In this document: positions 60,557-64,000 of the stretch, one piece after another
Layout of the letters: the number at the start of each line of letters is the position of its first letter
How positions within the stretch are numbered: position 1 is the first letter of the stretch
Source: an uncultured virus (IMG/VR IMGVR_UViG_3300028591_000091)
Lineage: Duplodnaviria > Heunggongvirae > Uroviricota > Caudoviricetes
Length of the DNA: 64,000 nucleotides
Direction: 5' to 3' (one strand)
IMG/VR virus record: IMGVR_UViG_3300028591_000091
Position numbers and translations under genes: made by a program
The notes under the pieces: generated by a model
Database searches by the model: none
Told to the model about the DNA's origin: nothing
What the model saw: only the letters and a program-made list of their open reading frames with translations

Positions 60557-61615
60557 TTAAATGCTTTTCCAAATGATTTTCTTAGCCAGGTCGGAATCTT
60601 GTGCATTTTCAGCGATCCATTTTTTCCATACCTGTTTTACGTCTGCTATAGCTTCACTTCGTGTCTTATCCTTCAGTTTTTCATAGATACCTGCTTCTGG
60701 ATCTTGATAAACTTCGATAAGGTCTGAGATTGTGTCCTGGGTGATAGTTTTGCTAGTATTCGTAAACTTAGATCTAAACTCTCTATAAACTTGTACATCA
60801 TCATAGGTAAGTTCTAGATCTGAATAGTCTGAGACAATACGAATTTCAGCAGGCTCTCTTTCAAACCAGGAGAGTCCCATCTTTCTCACTCGGTCGGCTA
60901 CTTTTTGTCTTCCCAACTCTTCATACTTTCTTGCCAGAGCCTCAACGATATCATACTTTGTTCTCATTATAATTTGGAACGCGTTATTGATTTGATCGTC
61001 GTACTCTTTTGGCATGGTAGGACAGTTTAGGATTAGGTCATAAAGTCCAGACGAGAACAAAAATATAATCAGAGCTGGAATTTGTCTAAGTTTTCTACGG
61101 CGTGAGAATACGGAGTCCTTAGATAGATCGCGATTGGCCAAATAATAAACGAACTCTGCGATTAGGTTTCTAGCCTCCTCTACAAATTCCTTATTAAAGC
61201 TACTCGTGTCATCTCCAAGAAAGTCCTCATCTACGTCTTGGCCACTTAGAGGTTCATCTGGGGTATAAACAGAGTTAGTGACGCGATTCTTTCCTGTTTT
61301 ACCCAAGATAGATCGTACCACATCATTAATAGTTTTCTGGCTTGAATGTTGGGGATTTGCAGAAACTAAGACTGTAAGCAAATCTAACATCGTATTATCA
61401 TCTTGTCTTTTACCGATAGAAACGATGTCATCATAGCCTAGCAGGAACTTAAGTTCTTGTTCCCCTAATTTTCCACCATACTCTTCCTCTATTAAACCCT
61501 CATCTTCCTCTTCTTCTGATCCAACATCTTCATCCACGTCTTCATCTGGGGAATTTTGAAAATATCCTTCCTCTTCCAATTCCTCATTGTCGTCGATTAA
61601 ATATTCGTCATCCAT
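60557..61615 (-). CDS. hypothetical protein with acidic N-terminus, first gene of RNAP operon
   Basis: 352 aa, 12 bp upstream of beta-prime. Confidence 0.75.
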   Translation of the reverse strand: MDDEYLIDDNEELEEEGYFQNSPDEDVDEDVGSEEEEDEGLIEEEYGGKLGEQELKFLLGYDDIVSIGKRQDDNTMLDLLTVLVSANPQHSSQKTINDVVRSILGKTGKNRVTNSVYTPDEPLSGQDVDEDFLGDDTSSFNKEFVEEARNLIAEFVYYLANRDLSKDSVFSRRRKLRQIPALIIFLFSSGLYDLILNCPTMPKEYDDQINNAFQIIMRTKYDIVEALARKYEELGRQKVADRVRKMGLSWFEREPAEIRIVSDYSDLELTYDDVQVYREFRSKFTNTSKTITQDTISDLIEVYQDPEAGIYEKLKDKTRSEAIADVKQVWKKWIAENAQDSDLAKKIIWKSI

Positions 61616-61783
61616 TTTACTTATATAGATTTTTAAATTATAAGGCAGATTTTATTCTACCCATCTTACACCGATAAGGGAGTGAGACCGTTTCGAGCGC
61701 GTTTTAGACATGTACAGAGTATAAATGAAGGCCTGAAATCCTTATAAGTGTGTTTATTAGAAGTTTGTTATTTAAATTATTTG

Positions 61784-61821
61784 GGGAATGCCGTTTGTGA
61801 AAATAGCATTCTCTTTTTTTT
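61784..61821 (+). terminator. intrinsic terminator
   Basis: GAATGCCGTTT-GTG-AAAATAGCATTC plus T tract. Confidence 0.55.
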
Positions 61822-61873
61822 GAAAAGAAAAGAAGAGATTAGATTTTATTTTCCAATCTCTTTTTTTTTATTT

Positions 61874-62218
61874 TTAATCTTTAGAACTTATTAATACCAC
61901 GTAATCTTGCTTCATTGCTGCAAGATATCTTTCTGCTCTCGTAATATCATTCCTCAGATTCTCTATCAATTTATCTTTATCACTCCAACATCCAAGATCA
62001 AAGTCTACTCCGTCTTCTAGATGTACGGGGAGTCTATAATCTTGTTCTGAATCTTGTTTATAGGGTAGAGGCACGACAAACATTTCCGGCTCTCCATACT
62101 TAGAGATCCACATCTTAGTTCCGTCCACATGCTGTATACGTCTAAAGCACAGTCTCTTATCTTGTCTATCATATACGTACACTCTATCTCTCACTTTCAG
62201 ATCTTTAAATATTTTCAT
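61874..62218 (-). CDS. hypothetical protein (paralog of 47223)
   Basis: KDLKVRDRVYVYD. Confidence 0.65.
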   Translation of the reverse strand: MKIFKDLKVRDRVYVYDRQDKRLCFRRIQHVDGTKMWISKYGEPEMFVVPLPYKQDSEQDYRLPVHLEDGVDFDLGCWSDKDKLIENLRNDITRAERYLAAMKQDYVVLISSKD

Positions 62219-62447
62219 CTTTGTAGCTCCATTTTATCCAACCATAGATATTAATAATGACATAGAAGATAAACATAATAAATTGTCCCATATTGAAGGG
62301 TCCTATTATGTTATACAAAATCCAAGCAAAGTTACCTATAGTCCATATTACAAATGCATATTTATTTTTCTTGATCACATAATAATTTCCTATGATGGCG
62401 CAAGAACAGCCTATAGCACTTAGGAAATCAAGAAAGGTTATCTCCAT
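62205..62447 (-). CDS. small PnuC-like three-helix membrane protein
   Basis: Hydrophobic; AFVIW--GN--W and INIYGWIKW resemble the PnuC C-terminal repeat; adjacent to nadE. Confidence 0.55.
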   Translation of the reverse strand: MEITFLDFLSAIGCSCAIIGNYYVIKKNKYAFVIWTIGNFAWILYNIIGPFNMGQFIMFIFYVIINIYGWIKWSYKDENI

Positions 62448-63345
62448 TACAGTGTTTCATAAGTTCTTCCTTACTTGGTTCTCCTCTATCTATTCCTTTC
62501 AATTCTAGAACGACTGGAAGATGTTTTCTTTTAAATTCACTTCCCTTATGTCTTTTCATCACTTGTTCCACAGTCTCTTCTCCATATTTATCTGTCACAA
62601 GATTTAATAGAAATAGATTAGCTTCTGTTGGCCTCTCTTTATATCTTAGAGCAGTCATCAGAATCTCATCCAGTTCTTCATAGGACTTGAGAGAAGGTGC
62701 TATTTGTGCTAGGTCTCCTCCTTCCTTTACTCCATTTCCGTCGGTGGGTGTTAGACCTATAGAATCTTTGAGTGCTTCTTTCTGTTTCTCTGTCTCCGCT
62801 ATATTTTCCAACATCCACTTAGCTAACCCATACACTTCATGTTTCCAGAGCTGTGCGATAGGTGAAACATCTCCTTGATCTCCTGCTATAGTAAAGAAGC
62901 CAAGATTATTTTCAGAAAGGTTATCTGTATCTATGAGCACTCCTTTCTTTATTCCAGCCAAGTTTCTAAGATATGTCATTCTTAGACGCGCCTTTATATT
63001 ACCCTGTGAAATTGGCGTAGAAGAACCTGCACCTAATTCACACCACCTCTCTATAATCTCATACTCTTTCTGCATTTCATGAGTAAAGAAATTTTGGTAA
63101 CTAATAAAAGATTGTCCAACTTTATTTGCTGTTCCCGTTTCTTCTCCCGTATTAGTTGTGCAGGGAAGAGACACGCCATAAAAAGACAGGGTAGGGTCTC
63201 GGCGCGTAACTTCATGACATATTACGGCGCAGACAGTAGAATCAATTCCTCCCGAGATCCCCAACACCATAGACTCCAGGTTATTCTTTTTTAAATATCC
63301 CAGGAGTTCGGTTACACTAGATTCAAAAACCTCTTTATAATTCAT
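62428..63345 (-). CDS. nadE: NH3-dependent NAD+ synthetase
   Basis: LGISGGIDST, GNIKARLRM, T-NLSE--LGFFT--GD and K-EVY motifs. Confidence 0.92.
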   Translation of the reverse strand: MNYKEVFESSVTELLGYLKKNNLESMVLGISGGIDSTVCAVICHEVTRRDPTLSFYGVSLPCTTNTGEETGTANKVGQSFISYQNFFTHEMQKEYEIIERWCELGAGSSTPISQGNIKARLRMTYLRNLAGIKKGVLIDTDNLSENNLGFFTIAGDQGDVSPIAQLWKHEVYGLAKWMLENIAETEKQKEALKDSIGLTPTDGNGVKEGGDLAQIAPSLKSYEELDEILMTALRYKERPTEANLFLLNLVTDKYGEETVEQVMKRHKGSEFKRKHLPVVLELKGIDRGEPSKEELMKHCNGDNLS

Positions 63346-64000
63346 ATACTTCTACTCCTTCTTGATTCATCCATTCCTTCAGCTTAGTACCATCATCTAT
63401 AGAGCGTATTCCATCCATAAACATATAAAATTTACTGCCTTTTAAGCACTTCTTAAGATTTTTTGCTGTCTCTAGAACACAATAATCTCCTGCTATTCCA
63501 CATACTATAATATCATTTTGTAGATTGATATAAGAATAGGAATCTTCTGAAGCACTAGCCAGACTAATAACTTCTGGGTCATCGTCACATATTTCGGCAT
63601 CTCCTCCAAAAGCTCCATATTCTTCTTCCCCAGGTATATCCCCCTTTTTGAAGATATCATATGTATTAGAAAGTATACTTCTCTCCATCAGACTTTGTTC
63701 TTTATCATAGAAAAAGATATTATCTAGATTTTGGAACCCTCTTGAAACGACCGCATCAAAAAGTTCATTAGGAATAGATGCACCCTCACTATATTGAACA
63801 CAGTGGTTAGGCCAAATTCCTCCGTTCTTTTTAAAACTGCAATCTTCCAAGGAGTGCCAATCTACTGTAAAGATAACTTGATTAATTTCTTGATCTTTTT
63901 CAATCAGTTCTTTAATTCTTGGAACAACCTCTTCTCCGCCTTTCACGTACAAAGACCCTTGGGGGCTATAAAAATCTTTTTGAACATCTACAACTATTAA
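63335..64000 (-). CDS. pncA: nicotinamidase (isochorismatase family), 5-prime partial
   Basis: Frame is open to the window end (LIVVDVQKDF); DWH, WPNHCVQ, KG and GIAGDYCV motifs. Confidence 0.9.
   Translation of the reverse strand, partial: LIVVDVQKDFYSPQGSLYVKGGEEVVPRIKELIEKDQEINQVIFTVDWHSLEDCSFKKNGGIWPNHCVQYSEGASIPNELFDAVVSRGFQNLDNIFFYDKEQSLMERSILSNTYDIFKKGDIPGEEEYGAFGGDAEICDDDPEVISLASASEDSYSYINLQNDIIVCGIAGDYCVLETAKNLKKCLKGSKFYMFMDGIRSIDDGTKLKEWMNQEGVEVYEL

Noticed and set aside
1..64000. Stop-codon reassignment as in Lak or some crAss-like phages
   Set aside because: Long genes are intact in code 11, and TAG and TGA end genes at sensible positions

Overview
AT-rich (standard genetic code) segment of a large dsDNA bacteriophage, probably a jumbo phage of a Bacteroidota host (inferred from gene families and A/T-rich leaders without Shine-Dalgarno sites). 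(1) 1.1-14.1 kb is a shufflon-like inversion system: a tyrosine recombinase, one promoter-bearing tail/receptor-binding gene (4968-8108) and three silent C-terminal cassettes. All four share an in-frame ~30-bp site (TGTACAGA-NTTN-TGACAATAA) in alternating orientation. (2) 50.0-60.5 kb holds two RNA polymerase genes (beta and beta-prime) that the ORF track shows only as fragments. By hand they reassemble into intact ~1057 aa and ~1123 aa proteins after removing 11 group I introns. Ten introns lack a homing endonuclease and are only 154-341 nt. Micro-exons are 8, 12, 14 and 19 nt, and the catalytic NADFDGD motif is split as NA|DFDG|D. (3) A complete deamidating NAD+ salvage set (pncA, pncB, nadD, nadE, plus PnuC-like and Nudix genes) is dispersed across the window. 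Also present: a duplicated SF2-helicase plus structured non-coding module, an Acb1-like 2H phosphoesterase, a recurrent CCTTATA promoter-like motif, and about 25 kb of mosaic paralogous small genes. All calls come from manual motif reading; no database searches or folding software were run.
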